Made by a program: the position numbers and the translations under genes. 64,000 nt of DNA from an uncultured Nitrososphaeraceae archaeon (GTDB taxonomy: Archaea; Thermoproteota; Nitrososphaeria; Nitrososphaerales; Nitrososphaeraceae), in assembly GCA_963825865.1 (NCBI GenBank), contig CAWGVG010000046.1, positions 13,739 through 77,738 on the forward strand. The letters run 5' to 3'. This document shows, one piece after another, positions 33,091-45,973 of this stretch. Position 1 is the first letter of the stretch. Every line of letters starts with the position of its first letter. The notes under the pieces were generated by a model. That model was not told the origin of the DNA. It saw only the letters and a list, made by a program, of their open reading frames with translations, and did no database searches.

Positions 33091-33288
33091 AATAAAATAA
33101 TAGAAGGCTTCATTTTTTTCTTTTTCTTTACTTCTTTTTCGGGATAAAACTTGGAAGCTGTATTTATTTCTATTTTATAAAAAATCAGCGTCAGCAGTAG
33201 TCTTGCAGTGATTGTTGTTATAACAGTGTTTTGCTATTGGCATAGGGTTTAAATAGTTTCGAAAGTATGCACCTTTAGTGAATAGTAT

Positions 33289-33582
33289 ATGCCAATTGCT
33301 ATAATTCCAGACGTTGATGAACAAAGATGTATTGGCTGCGCACTCTGCGTAGAGATTTGCACTGCTCTTGGTCCAGATGTACTCAGGGTTAAACCTGTTG
33401 AAGGATGGAAGAGAGGTAAAGCATTTATTTTCTATCCGGAAAGATGCATTTCAGATGGCGCGTGTATCGGAGTATGTCCAACACACGCAATATTCTGGAT
33501 GAGACCAATGGAATACACCTCAGGACAACCGGTGCCACTGCACAAGAACGGTGTATTCGATAAGGGCTGGGAAGAAGGATAA
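33289..33582 (+). CDS. 4Fe-4S ferredoxin
   Basis: CIGCALCVEIC and CISDGACIGVCP; TTTAAATA TATA box at 33248. Confidence 0.95.
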   Translation: MPIAIIPDVDEQRCIGCALCVEICTALGPDVLRVKPVEGWKRGKAFIFYPERCISDGACIGVCPTHAIFWMRPMEYTSGQPVPLHKNGVFDKGWEEG

Positions 33583-33669
33583 ACAAAATAAAATAGAAAA
33601 CAACTCCATATCTCCCTTTTTACATTTTTATCATTTTTGAGGATAGAAGTATCTAGCTTCAACAGGGCG

Positions 33670-34657
33670 CTAATCCAGTTTGTATTGTATCATGCTTATC
33701 CTAAGAAGAAGAGATCTTACAACCTCTGTCCAAGCATTACCAATATTAAGCATATTATATCCTCCACCACCTAAAGCAATTATTCTTCCGTCACAATGCT
33801 TGTGCGCAAGTCGATGTAAGGCATCTGCTGCGTATCTGTGTGCCTTCTGTGTATACTTTAGGTGTGTTATCGGATCGCCATTTAGGCAGTCTGCACCACA
33901 TTGCAATATGATTAACTCCGGCTTTGCTACATTATCGATAAATTCATTAATTTTTTTGAATATGCCAATAAAATCGTTATCAGTGGAGTTTGGCGCCATA
34001 GGTATATTTAATTTGGTGCCTTGTGCTTCGCCTATGCCTGTCTCTAATTCTGAGCCCGTTCCCGGATATAGAAAGTGGCCATCTTCATGTATGTCTGCAA
34101 TGAAGAGTAAAGGATCGTCTTCGAATTCGTAATAAACTCCATCGCCGTGATGGGCATCTATATCCACATAGGCAATTCTCTTTATACCGTACTTTTTTCT
34201 CGCTTCTAGAATTGCGATACCTATATCATTAAAAACACAAAAACCACCAGCAGAATCTCTTCTTGCATGGTGAAGCCCTCCAATTGGATTGAATGCATGC
34301 TCTATTCCATTTCTCTTTTCGAGTACTCAGATCGAGTGCGTTTACAGTAGAACCAACTACGTAGGAAGAGGCCTCGAATACACCTTTGAATGCAGGGGTG
34401 TCACCAGTATCCAAAAAACCCGTTCCATACCGTGAAGCCTTCTTTACAAGATCTACATACTCTTTATTGTGAAATGACAGTATTGTTTCTTCTTCCGCAA
34501 AAGATGGCTCTTTTATCACGACTTGTGTAGATTTGTCAAGGTTCTCATTTTGGATTTTTGACCAGAAAGCATAGATTCTATCACAACCCAAAGGATGCGA
34601 TCCACCAAATCCATATTTGGCTAGTGCTTCTCCAAAAATCACTGCAGTATAACACAT
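33670..34657 (-). CDS. AcuC/histone-deacetylase-family lysine deacetylase (frameshift near 34300)
   Basis: HP, GDTP, GGLHHA...GGFCVFND (alternative frame), DIDAHHGDG, GADCLNGDP, GGGGY. Confidence 0.9.
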
Positions 34658-35339
34658 ATAATTAACACTATCAAATACAACGGAGATAGAAATAAGTATT
34701 TTAGAAAATATTAGTCACAGTTATTATTATTATTATTATAATGATACGTCTAGCCTTTGTTTGCAATTTATAATTAGTTATTAAGAATGGGACAGAGAGC
34801 ATAACAGAAGAATGAGGGGAAGAGGAGGAGGAGAAGATAGCCTACCTACCATTCTATTTTGTTTTTTTCTGTTATCTACCAAAGTCATTTGCAGTAAAAA
34901 TTGTGAGGGAAGCAAAAAAAAGAAAAAACCATCAGAGCTTACAAATACAAGACACATATTAGAAGAGAGGCATTTAGAGAATGAGAGCAATCTATATGCA
35001 TTTCAAGGTAATTTTTGCACCAGGCCAAAGAGCGAGTAGTAGAGATAGAGACTTCCAATAAGAAGAGATATTTTAGCACTGCAGTAAAAATAATTTATTG
35101 TAAAAAACTTAGTTTTTTTGTTCTCTACAACATCATTACCTTAAATCTGGCTTTCTTAATGATGCATCGTAGTAGTAATAGTAGTAGTTCGCCTTTAATA
35201 CAGCTGTAAATATAGAAAACAGCACCCTACCCCATTGAGGTCAACGAGTAACACCAAAGCCACGCTATGATTTTTGCTAAACAGCTAGATGATTTTTATA
35301 CAGAAACACTCGAAATAAACTTGACATATCTATAAGGGA

Positions 35340-35928
35340 GTGAGAATATACAATCAAACTGGTCATTACCGGAAATCCAGGAGTTGGAAAGCATACAATT
35401 GCGAAATTTGTTGTCGATAAAATGAAAGGAGCAAAAGTAATTGATATCAACACAGTTGCGATTAATAATAATGCCATTTTGAGGAAGGACGATAGATATG
35501 GAATAGACGTTGATGTGAAAAAGACTAGTAAACTGATGGCAGATAAACTCAAAACATCTGAAGACTTTGTAATCATTGGACATCTCGCGCCATATGTATT
35601 AAATCCTGCTATGATAGATCTTGTCACAGTTTTGCGACGTTCGCCATATGAACTAACACAAACTTTTAAACAAAGAAAATACACGCCAGATAAGATAAGA
35701 GAGAATGTCGCTAGCGAAATACTAGGCGTTTCCCTCTATGACGCATTAAAAACTTTTGGTAAACGCAAAATTGCAGAAATCGACACAACTGCAAAAATGC
35801 CTCAACATACTGCTGATGAAATAATTTTGATATTGCAAAAAAAGAAAAGAAAGCAAGTTGTAGGAATAGTCGACTGGCTTTCGCTGATCTATAAAAGAGG
35901 CGATATTCAGAAATTTCTTGAGTATTAA
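35340..35928 (+). CDS. Archaeal adenylate kinase (AK6/Fap7-type); start uncertain
   Basis: LVITGNPGVGKHT P-loop upstream of ORF 35422, IIGHL, KIRENVASEI, EIDTT. Confidence 0.8.
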
Positions 35929-36130
35929 AATTTGGAAATATCTTTACTAATGTATGGCTTTCGTTGTGAATTAAATGAATTAATAAATTAATTACTTAAA
36001 CGAGGATTCGCGTTCGTATTTTTTATACCACTTGCCGAAATTAAAATATATAGTTGTTTTTATGTTAGAGAAAATTCAGTATCAAAATTTATATATATAT
36101 TACTGAAACCATACCCACTTTGAAAACATC

Positions 36131-36545
36131 ATGGCTGCTATGCTTACTAGAAAGTTTGGAGAAGAGACACTTCAATTTTTAGGCAAGAAAGTGTCTGTAG
36201 AGACTTCTGATCAAAAAATTTATAATGGAACGTTAACGGGTATTGATGAAAAACTCGATGTGGTACTTGATAATATAGATGGTCAGGGAATCCTCAAATT
36301 GATTCTTAATGGTTCATTTGTTAAAGAGATAAAACTGCTAGAAAAGCCATTTGATTTTAAATCTTTGGCTGATAGACTCGCTAGAGTATTTCCGGGTCTG
36401 GTAAAGATTAGGGAGGATGTAGGAGCCATAATTGTAATGGACAAAATCAAAGTCACTCAAGCAGGTATTGAAGAGGGTTTTGGTCTAGGCAGCAGATAGA
36501 GTCAAGGCAATTTATGATGAATTTATTAGGGAGACTAAGAAGTAA
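36131..36545 (+). CDS. Sm/Lsm protein with C-terminal extension (SmAP3 type), C-terminal frameshift
   Basis: GTLTGIDEKLDVVLDN Sm1, LNGSFV Sm2, extension ending AADRVKAIYDEFIRETKK*. Confidence 0.85.
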
Positions 36546-36547
36546 AG

Positions 36548-38173
36548 TTGTCATTTGAGGTCAGATATACTGACCTAGCTGCTCGTATTGGAAAATTATA
36601 CACTCCTCATGGGATTGTTGAAACCCCCGCTTTTGTCCCTGTTGTCCATCCGGTAAGGCAGACCATCAGTTCACAGTTTCTAAAAAGACTGGGCTTCGAT
36701 ATAGTAATTACCAATGCGTATACCACATTACGACATTACGGCGATGAAGCTAGAAAAAGAGGAATCCATAGCATCATAAATTACGACGGAGTAGTAATGA
36801 CTGACTCAGGCGGATATCAAGTTTTGGAATATGGATCTATTGGGGTTAAGCCGTCAATTATAGCACAATTTGAGATAGATATTCGAAGTGATATTCCTGT
36901 TCCCCTTGACAAACCAACAGGTTATGGATTAAAGTATGAAAAAGCAAAAGACTATGTAGAAGAGACACTCAAAAACGCAAAGGAAACTCTTGATGTAGTA
37001 TCAGAAAGCAAGAAAAGATTAGGAGGAGGAGGAGAAGACAGAATTCTGGATGACAATATGGGAGGAGCAGGAGATGCAATATGGGTAGGACCGGTTCAAG
37101 GTGCAGAACATTCAGATTTGATAAAATATTCTGCCACTGCGTTAGATAAAATGGGATTCAAATTTTTTGCTCTTGGCAGCCCTGTGGAAATAATGGAGGC
37201 ATACGAGTTCTCAACGTTGGCACAGATGATAGCTAGTGTCAAACGTGCTATTCCCACAAAGCCGATCCATCTGTTTGGTGCAGGTCATCCTCTAACAATT
37301 CCTCTGGCTATTGCATTAGGATGTGATATGTTTGATTCAGCGTCATACATGCTCTATGCTAAAGATAATCGATATATGCACGCAAATGGTACCGTCAGGC
37401 TAAAAGAACTTTCATATCTTCCCTGCCACTGTCCCATTTGTACTACTTATACTGTCAAAGAATTGCTTGAAATGGATAGAGATAAGCGGACGATAGAAAT
37501 AGCAAAACATAACCTCTACATTCTGAAAACGGAAGTTGACACAGTAAAACAAGCGATAATGGATGGTAGATTATGGGAATATGTAATACAGAAGGCTCGT
37601 GCTCATCCAAAGCTTATGGAAGCTATGGAATTTTTCAAAAACTTTGAGCTTCTAGAAGAAGGAACTCCCCTCTTCAAAGAAAAAGCAGTCTTTCTTTATG
37701 ATTCGCTAGATCAGTATAGACCAGAGGCTAGACGATTTAGAAAGATAGTTTCTGAATTTCGATCGTCGAAAAATAAAAAGAAATTAATATTGTATCCAGA
37801 ATCACATCTTCATCCATTCTATTCTACGCAAAACTTTCTCCAAATTGTAAAAAAATTTCCTAACGCACAGATTTGTACTTATAATCCGTTTCTTGGAATT
37901 ATCCCCGCAGAAATATCTGATATATTTCCAGCAGCACACAACCTGATCTCAAAATCAACAATAATCCACCATCAAGCACAGGATTATCCAAGCTTTATAG
38001 AATCGCTAAATGGATTTCTCAGTGTAAATAGATTTGAGGATATAACTATAGTGGCAGACCATTTTATGCATCAGATAGTTGATGATGAAGGTGATGGTAA
38101 GAGGAACCTAATAATAAAAAAACTAAATTCGAAAGTTTTAGATTATGAACAAGATATCATTTCCAAATTGTAG
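36548..38173 (+). CDS. tgtA: Archaeosine tRNA-guanine(15) transglycosylase
   Basis: TPAFVPVVHP, MTDSGGYQ, HLFGAGHP, DMFDSASY, CHCPIC. Confidence 0.95.
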   Translation: MSFEVRYTDLAARIGKLYTPHGIVETPAFVPVVHPVRQTISSQFLKRLGFDIVITNAYTTLRHYGDEARKRGIHSIINYDGVVMTDSGGYQVLEYGSIGVKPSIIAQFEIDIRSDIPVPLDKPTGYGLKYEKAKDYVEETLKNAKETLDVVSESKKRLGGGGEDRILDDNMGGAGDAIWVGPVQGAEHSDLIKYSATALDKMGFKFFALGSPVEIMEAYEFSTLAQMIASVKRAIPTKPIHLFGAGHPLTIPLAIALGCDMFDSASYMLYAKDNRYMHANGTVRLKELSYLPCHCPICTTYTVKELLEMDRDKRTIEIAKHNLYILKTEVDTVKQAIMDGRLWEYVIQKARAHPKLMEAMEFFKNFELLEEGTPLFKEKAVFLYDSLDQYRPEARRFRKIVSEFRSSKNKKKLILYPESHLHPFYSTQNFLQIVKKFPNAQICTYNPFLGIIPAEISDIFPAAHNLISKSTIIHHQAQDYPSFIESLNGFLSVNRFEDITIVADHFMHQIVDDEGDGKRNLIIKKLNSKVLDYEQDIISKL

Positions 38174-38371
38174 ATACCACTTTTTATTACGATTCATTAT
38201 TATAATCTCTTTTGTCAACCGATTTTTGATGCAATATAGCATAGGCTTTGTTAAAAGGCATTAATTGATAATCTTTCTAATTAATTCATTCGAAGATCTT
38301 TTGTATTTTTGATTTCTTTTTTTGGATTACCAATTACAAATACGGCCTCATTGTTTGAAATATCTTTATCT

Positions 38372-39368
38372 TTACCTGTTCTTTGATCCCATTTTTCCTA
38401 ATTGCGCAAGCAAGGCCGACAATTGTATTTCAGGATGTGCACCAGTTGCGAGCCGGTAGTCATATTCTGCCATTAGTGCTGCGAAATTCATCTGGACGAT
38501 CTAACTTCATATTATATGCTTCCTGATTAGCATATTTTAGAAAATCGCCCTCTGACATTCCATATACATGCATTAATTCAAGCAATTTAACTCTAGCATC
38601 ATTAAATTTTCCTGTAATAGCCAGTCTAATAACTTCCCCAACTTTGGCTTTACCTGAAAGACCCATTGATGCAATCACATTGGCAATTGAAACAGAACCC
38701 ATTCCTGTCGATGCTTGAAGAATGTTAATGGAATGGCGTAGATCTCCTGAAGTAGCAGTATAAATTTGTTCAAGAGCCTTTTCTTCATATTTTACTCCTT
38801 CTTTTTCACAGATCATCTTCAGATAATCTACAATATCTTCCTCTGCTAACCTTGTAAAGTGAAATACCACGCACCTGCTCTGAATTGGTTCGATAATTTG
38901 TGATAGATAATTGCAGATAATTATGAAGCGCGTTGTCTTAGAGCTATCTTCAATGATCCTCCTTAGTGCTGTTTGAGCTTCAGACGTCATTTCGTCTGCT
39001 TCATCAAGAATGATTATTCTGAACGGTTTGTCATCGTTATTGCTAGTTGAAAGTTTCATTACAGCTGCAAACTCTTTCACTCTTTCACGAACCATCTTGA
39101 TCCCTCTTTCGTCCGATGCGTTTAGTTCAAGTGTGTCTCTTTGCCAGTATTCTCCAAGCAACGCTCTTGCAATACACAGAGCGGTTGTAGTCTTGCCTAC
39201 TCCGGCAGGTCCTGCAAATAGCAAATGTGGAATCTCATCAGGATTTTTGATAAGATTACTCAATCCATCAATAATTTGCTTTTGATTGATAACTTGCTCT
39301 AATTTCAGTGGGCGATACTTTTCAACCCACATCAAATTTGATAGAACGTTATTTGTTGTTGATGACAT
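38372..39368 (-). CDS. rfcS: Replication factor C small subunit (C-terminal frameshift)
   Basis: WVEKYRP, GPAGVGKTT, ELNASDERG, ILDEAD, IQSRC. Confidence 0.95.
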
Positions 39369-39508
39369 AGTGTGTCTGAGTATCTCAATGTTGTTCTACA
39401 GGATTAATAACTTAACTAAAAATCTCTCATTTAGCTTAAAGCTTAACAAAAGCTATCTTGACAAAAGATATAACTGATCGAAAAGATATACTAATATTAA
39501 ATATCGAA

Positions 39509-40046
39509 ATGACTGGTACCACCCCTTATTCACGGCGCAATGCTATTCAAGGCACATACCATATAGAATATCTCATGGAAGATGTTCGTGTGATGTATAA
39601 ACACGACACAAAGGCAGGCTGCAGGCAGTATTGTAATTGATGCAAAAGAAGGCGATATATCCTCTCTTCCTAGATGGGTAGCAAAAATCTTGGTTGAACA
39701 AGGCAACATTGAAATCCAAGATAATGATATTTCAGCGTATGTATCCAGGGCCTTGAACCGTGAAAGAATAGCAAAACCCCATGATCTATCTGGTCTGGAT
39801 CCTGATTTCTATATCATAGCTAACGATTATCTTGAAGGATTAAAGGAAAGAGAACGAGAGAATCTAGTAGTTTCGCTAAACTCTTTTGTGGCTTCTCGCC
39901 TTGAAAAGATTGTAAAATTGGCAGCTGCATCACCGCTTTCGCCAGAACTGGAAGGAAAAGTCTCAGCAGAAGAAAAAGAACTTTATCTTCAGATCCATCG
40001 TTTTTCTTCAGAATTCAAACAGCAGGTGTTAAAGAAATTTGGCTGA
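39509..40046 (+). CDS. GINS subunit (Gins23 type), frameshifted
   Basis: DAKEGDISSLPRWVAKIL, LDPDFY, RLEKIVKLA, AEEKELY; overlaps the mcm start. Confidence 0.8.
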
Positions 40047-42128
40047 GCAGCAGCAACATCAACAGCAGACCGCAGCAGCATTAGTAAATGAACTAGAAAA
40101 ATTCCTACGAGCATTTAAGGATAGGGAAGGGAACTACAAATATTTTGATAGAATTAATCACTTGATGGCTTCTAATTCTATTTCGCTTGTAGTGGATTAT
40201 ATTGATTTTGATTCTTATAATCCAGAGCTCGCTAAGCAAATTACACATAATCCAGATGAAATGTTTGATGCATTTAATGAGGCAGTATTTTACATTTTAA
40301 ACGAAATTCATCCAGATTATGCACATGAAATTCATGAGAACATCAAGGTTAGAATGGGAAATTACACTGTACAAAAGGGCTTGCGTGAGATTAATGCCGA
40401 GGTGATTGACAAACTGATTGGAGTTTCTGGTATGGTGGTGAGGTCATCTGAAGTAAAGCCACTTGCCAAGAAAATAGGATATCGATGCCTGAATTGCAAT
40501 GCTATTAACGAAACGCATCAAAAAGGGCTGGCTACTGAAGAAACCCCTCAAATGCATAAATTGTTCGGAAAAAGAGCTGGAAATGGATCCTGAAAATAGT
40601 ATTTTCAACGACTTTCAAATGGTCAGGCTTCAAGAACTACCCGAGGACCTACCAGCAGGCCAGCTTCCCCACTATGTTGAAGTCACAGTAATGGGAGACC
40701 TTGTAGATCGATGTCGTCCTGGTGATAGAATTATGTTAACTGGGATTATACGAATAGAACAAGAACAGAGTTCTGCCCAAATAAAAACCAGTCTTTTCAG
40801 ATTACGAATGGAAGGAAATAATATCGAATATCTTGGTGGGCTGATTAGTAATAATAAGGATAGCCGAACTGTCGAAAGAATAACTATCAACACTGAAGAG
40901 GAAAAACAGATCTTAGCTATTGCAGGCAAATCGGATGCCTATGATAAGCTAATTGCTTCTTTTGCTCCACATATCTATGGCCACGAGGTAATCAAAGAAG
41001 CAATCCTGTTATTGATTGTAGGTTCGGTAACAAAAAAACTTGAGGATGGATCTACAAGAAGAGGTGATATTAATGTACTATTGGTCGGCGACCCAGGTAC
41101 TGCAAAATCAGAAATGTTAAAGTTCGCTGCTAAAATTGCTCCAAGAGGACTTTATACTTCTGGCAGAGGTTCAACCGCTCGCTGGTTTAACTGCAGCGGT
41201 AATTCGAGACAAGTCAGGAATTATGATGCTCGAAGCTGGAGCTGTAGTATTAGGCGATCAAGGGTTAGTATGTATTGATGAGTTTGATAAGATAAAAGCT
41301 GAAGACCGCTCAGCGCTGCATGAAGTAATGGAACAGCAGACTTGTTCAGTTGCAAAGGGAGGTATTGTTGCTACACTAAACGCAAGAACTTCCATTTTAT
41401 CGGCAGCAAATCCGACATACGGAAAATATGATCCATTTAAGAATATTACTGAGAATGTAAATTTACCAATACCACTTTTGACGAGATTTGACCTCATTTA
41501 TGTGATCAGGGACACTGCGGAAAAGGAGAAGGATAACCGTATTGCTAGACACATTTTAGAAATTCATCAATATGCTGAGCACGCAGCACAGCCTGCTATC
41601 AGCACTGATCTCTTCAGCAAATACCTTTCATTTTCAAAACAAATTGAACCAAATTTAACCACTGACGCAATTGACCTCATTAGAAATTACTACATGAAAA
41701 TGAGAAACGTCGATTCAGAAGGTATGATTACAGTTACCCCAAGACAACTTGAAGCCCTAGTAAGATTATCTACAGCACGCGCCAGATTGTTGTTAAGAGA
41801 CAGAGTCGAATCTGAGGATGCTGAGCGCGCAATCTACCTGGTACAGAGAATGTTAGAAACTGCAGGAGTCGATGTCAATACAGGAAAAGTAGATTTTGGT
41901 GTCATTCATGGCAAACCACATAGCGAAGTTTCAAAGTTGAAGATGTTTATGGAAATTTTCAACGCATTGTCGGGACAAGACAGAAATGACGTGGAAGAAA
42001 AGAATTTCGTTAATGAACTTGCAAAGACAGGCAAGTTTACGGAAGATGAGGCACGAACCTTCATTAAAAAGGCAATGCAAAACGGACAGATATATGAGAG
42101 AAAGTCTGGCTTTTACGCTAAAGCATAA
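40039..42128 (+). CDS. mcm: MCM replicative helicase (two frameshifts)
   Basis: CLNC...CINC Zn finger, LQELPEDLPAGQLP, GDPGTAKS, CIDEFDK, LLTRFD, TPRQLE. Confidence 0.96.
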
Positions 42129-42231
42129 GATATCTGTCTAGCTTTTTACTATCAAACACAGTCTGGACATTGTACCCTGTACATCTCATCACTCTTTCAA
42201 TCCTACTATAGTTCGATTCAAACTCGATAAA

Positions 42232-42624
42232 ATGATGAAGCGGACAGTTGTTGAGGAGGTCTTTCAATCCAATCCAACTGAACTTGCAATCCAAATGATG
42301 TTAGAAGATGCTGGCTATGATTGCATCTCATACACAGACTCACTTAAAGCTCTACAAGAGTTCAAACCATGTTTTTATGATTTGATTTTACTTGATATCA
42401 AAATGTCTGTACTAAATGGATTTGAGCTTTGCAAAAAGATAAGGGAGATTGATAAAACTGTACATATCGTCTTTATAACAGCTTCAGAAGCATATTATGA
42501 GAAGTTTAGAAGTCAGCACTTTCCAGAGCTAGGCAAGGTTAACTATATTCAAAAGCCAATTGGAAATGACGAGTTAGTACAAACAGTAAATACGATTATA
42601 GGCAATTCAATAACCATTGGCTAG
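42232..42624 (+). CDS. Single-domain response regulator (atypical N-terminus)
   Basis: ILLDIKM, NGFEL, FITA, IQKP. Confidence 0.8.
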   Translation: MMKRTVVEEVFQSNPTELAIQMMLEDAGYDCISYTDSLKALQEFKPCFYDLILLDIKMSVLNGFELCKKIREIDKTVHIVFITASEAYYEKFRSQHFPELGKVNYIQKPIGNDELVQTVNTIIGNSITIG

Positions 42625-42927
42625 CCTAGCCTCTTCAGAATATAGTCATCATCATACGACGTATTGTTCTTCTTCTTCTTCTTCTTTTTGAATAGTGATC
42701 AGCTGGCAGCTACATCACACGTTAATAAGATATAGTATAAATGACTCTTCTATTCAATGAAGTTACCACCCTCTTAAAAGTACTATGCTTAAGAGGTAAC
42801 AGAAGTACAATACCTTAAATACAATTTACTATTCGCATGTTTTAAATCTGCGAGTGGCATTTGACAAATGTGTCTACAGACTATCACGTTTGTTATTTTT
42901 AAAGTACCAGGGATTTTAGAATAAAAT

Positions 42928-43350
42928 ATGCCAACAATAGTTCACTTTGAAATACCTGCAGATGATGTTGATAGGGCAAAGAAATTTTATAGTGATTTGT
43001 TTGGATGGAAAATGGAAAGATGGCCTAGATCAGATGATGATGATGGTAAAGATAGCTCTTCTTCCTCTAATAATAATATGGAATATTGGATCATAAGTAC
43101 AACAGACGACAAAGGAAATAAAGCAGCTATAGGCGGAGGAATGATGAAAAGACAAGGACAACATCATCAACAAATTACTAATTTTATAGATGTAAATTCA
43201 GTAGATGAATATTCATCAAAGATAGAAAAGCTAGGTGGTAAAGTAGTTGTTTCTAAAATGGCAGTACCAGGTATGGGATATTTTGCAGTATGTCATGACA
43301 CTGAGAATAACAGTTTTGGTATTTGGGAATCTAATGATAGTGCAAAGTGA
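42928..43350 (+). CDS. VOC/glyoxalase-family protein
   Basis: IVHFEIPADD, FYSDLFGW, GGGMM, VPGMGYFA, DTENNSFGIWE. Confidence 0.9.
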   Translation: MPTIVHFEIPADDVDRAKKFYSDLFGWKMERWPRSDDDDGKDSSSSSNNNMEYWIISTTDDKGNKAAIGGGMMKRQGQHHQQITNFIDVNSVDEYSSKIEKLGGKVVVSKMAVPGMGYFAVCHDTENNSFGIWESNDSAK

Positions 43351-43698
43351 TTATCTGTATTTGATCCCAGCAATATAGAGCATGCATAACTATATCTTAT
43401 CTATTATCTTTACCTTATAGTGATCAGGCAGGATTTATGGCTGCAGTTAGAAATGCTAGGATGGCTATCAGTCGTTTTGTCGGAACATTCGATCGTGCGA
43501 TGAGGAGGAATATGATATAACTCCAGTTCCTAATGAAAATGCAGATTTTTACCTTTTTGTAATAAAAAAGAGAGATAGTCTAATAATTGGAGGAACATAG
43601 TTTTTGAGGAAAGAGATAAGATAAAGAAAGCGAAAATCCAGAATGAGCAATTTGATAAACCTCCCCTAGACAAGACAGAAACTATTGACACTAATGCA

Positions 43699-43893
43699 TT
43701 GTATAGCAAAAATGTAGCTCTTGATAAATTAGGTAAGCATGAAGATGCTATAAAATACTTTGATAAAGCAATTGAAATAGATCCTAAATTTAGTAATGCA
43801 TGGTTAAACAAAGGTGTAGCTCTTGATAAATTAGGCAAGGATGAAGAGGCTCGTGAAAGTTATGAGAAGAGTAAAATGACAGCTAAAAGTTGA
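43699..43893 (+). CDS. TPR protein fragment
   Basis: Two TPR units, VALDKLGK repeated. Confidence 0.7.
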   Translation: MYSKNVALDKLGKHEDAIKYFDKAIEIDPKFSNAWLNKGVALDKLGKDEEARESYEKSKMTAKS

Positions 43894-43999
43894 AAGTGGT
43901 AACGGAAATAAACATTCTCAAATTCTTGATAAGAAAAGGAGAAAAGATACCTTAACTTAACACGACCTAGTCAACTATCGTAAAGACTATAAAGCCTAT

Positions 44000-44365
44000 A
44001 TGGTAGCTTTTTGCTGCTGGTTACTAATGAATCAGATACTTTTAACAAAGGCCAAGAACAGATTTGCCAAGGTAATTGAAATCATAGAACAAGAGAAACA
44101 CAATTATAAATTTAGGACAGGAACCCTAGGTCAGGATAGCTTTAGATGTACCATTGGTCTTATTTTGAGTCACTATGGCTGGACAGGTTATAGTTGTTCC
44201 TCAACTGACTATGAGGAAGCAGATTACAAACTAAATGAATTAATTTCCACAGAAGAACAGCGCATTATTGCAAGCATAAACGACAGTAGCGAAAGTTATG
44301 ACGTAGTAATAGAAAGACTAGAGAGATCTGGGCGAAACCATTCATTAAACTCTGACTCGAAATAA
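44000..44365 (+). CDS. Hypothetical protein
   Basis: 121-aa ORF, RCTIGLILSHYGW...INDS. Confidence 0.5.
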   Translation: MVAFCCWLLMNQILLTKAKNRFAKVIEIIEQEKHNYKFRTGTLGQDSFRCTIGLILSHYGWTGYSCSSTDYEEADYKLNELISTEEQRIIASINDSSESYDVVIERLERSGRNHSLNSDSK

Positions 44366-44788
44366 ATATTCCCACTGAATGTAATGGCATCAATACACAT
44401 AGAAAACTTATTGCAGCCTTGGCAAAGGAGTTGAAGGCAAAGGATTCCCAAATAGAAGAACAAGGAGGCATATCTATATTCTGTGGTATCATTACAAGTC
44501 TGATTAAGTCTAATAGATTTTGATCTGTTTATAAGGTCTATTACAATGAAGGAACAAGAACAAGCTGATGAGGAACTCTACTACTAATACATACAGCAGT
44601 ATTTCGAGAATCTCTAAAGAGCAGGTTCATTCCAGAAGTCCTTATTATAAGGTGGAATTAATTTGGAATGATAGTAAGGGTGCTTTTTCAGGATATCTTC
44701 ATTAATGTCCATGAATACATTTGGACGGCGCCACCTGAATTTTCTATAGCAATCTACATTTAATACTCTGACAATAAATATTGGGTTA

Positions 44789-45286
44789 TTGGCAAACGAA
44801 AAATGGTTTAACAAACAACTCGATCCAAATGCCTTCTACTCATCTATAGAGGAGATTTTTGCAGCTTTTGGCCCCCCATACGGAGCAGCTGATAACAAAA
44901 TCGTAGCAAATGGCTTTTTCTGGTCTTCATTGGCGATAAATACACTTTTACGAAGTCGTGAATACTCGGACAACCCTACTCAAAAAGAATGCAGCAATAA
45001 AGAAGAAGAAATCACCCAATACAGCTATTTACATAATGAAAGCACTCTGCTGATGTTAGGTTTAATGGTTCTATCATGGGTAAAAGTCAATCTTAAGAAA
45101 AAGACAGAAAACGGACACTGTCATAACCCTACCCATAAAACAACTCAAACTAATAAGACGACGAACTGTCCAATTGGAAGCGATTTCCACGGAAAGTTAT
45201 ACTCTGATTACATATTAATGTTGGAAGATTTTGTAGAAAGTGTAAAGGCCTGTACTCCTACTCCAATAGCGTCATCAAGTCAATAA
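44789..45286 (+). CDS. Hypothetical protein
   Basis: 165-aa ORF with plausible composition, no recognised motif. Confidence 0.4.
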   Translation: MANEKWFNKQLDPNAFYSSIEEIFAAFGPPYGAADNKIVANGFFWSSLAINTLLRSREYSDNPTQKECSNKEEEITQYSYLHNESTLLMLGLMVLSWVKVNLKKKTENGHCHNPTHKTTQTNKTTNCPIGSDFHGKLYSDYILMLEDFVESVKACTPTPIASSSQ

Positions 45287-45480
45287 TAAGTGGTGCAAGC
45301 TTAAAGGGTTCTGTATTTCTGTAGTGTCGGAAGCGTATTAATGCTAATTCGCGAGAAAAATCGCTGCCACCTTCACTCAAATAGATTTTCTAGAGCGATC
45401 GCCGCTATTAACATATTTGATTATGTAAGCAAGCATTGCTATGTTCTGATGAGTTACATGAACCCTTCAACCAGCAAAGC

Positions 45481-45501
45481 TCAAATCCCTCTGGACCCGC
45501 T
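45481..45501 (+). other. tRNA 3'-end-like relic (possible att site)
   Basis: TCAAATCCCTCTGGACCCGC resembles T-loop plus acceptor 3' strand; no 5' half upstream. Confidence 0.4.
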
Positions 45502-45973
45502 AACTACATGGATTTGATAATAGCTTTACTGCCGGGACGCTAGCGAATCGAACGTTAGCATTATCTTTGACCTGATACCGTCATCATCTTCTTTTTACGC
45601 TCTTCTAAACTCTTCATATTGAATCTCTTGTTCCCGCTCTTGGCCTGTATTATCTTCCTGTTCTTGACTTTTTTCTATCAAAGCAGCAGCGTCTATGTCG
45701 GGACGTTTTTCAGTATCTTCTTTTTCCAAAATATTTTTCTAAACAGACGTAAGATCTATGAGATGAGATATGAATTTACAGTCACTACTCATTACCACAC
45801 CATCGATTTTGAATAATACTGTATTGCTAGGAATGCTTTCTTCAACTTTAATCTGCTTCCCTCAACAATAAGTTAAGTTTGAAGACATTATAATGATATA
45901 TCGTATAAGGATAGGTTTATCTGTATGCTGCTACTGCAGCATTCAGGAAGCATAGAAACTTTTTAAACTGTCA

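Noticed and set aside
35220-35280. GC-richer intergenic patch upstream of adenylate kinase as a small RNA
   Set aside because: I could not find a convincing C/D box pair, H/ACA hairpin or cloverleaf; needs a covariance-model search
18229-42128. Frameshifts in radA, rfcS, gins, mcm, Sm and others as pseudogenes or programmed recoding
   Set aside because: Isolated 1-nt indels in essential genes with no shared slippery motif are best explained by unpolished long-read errors
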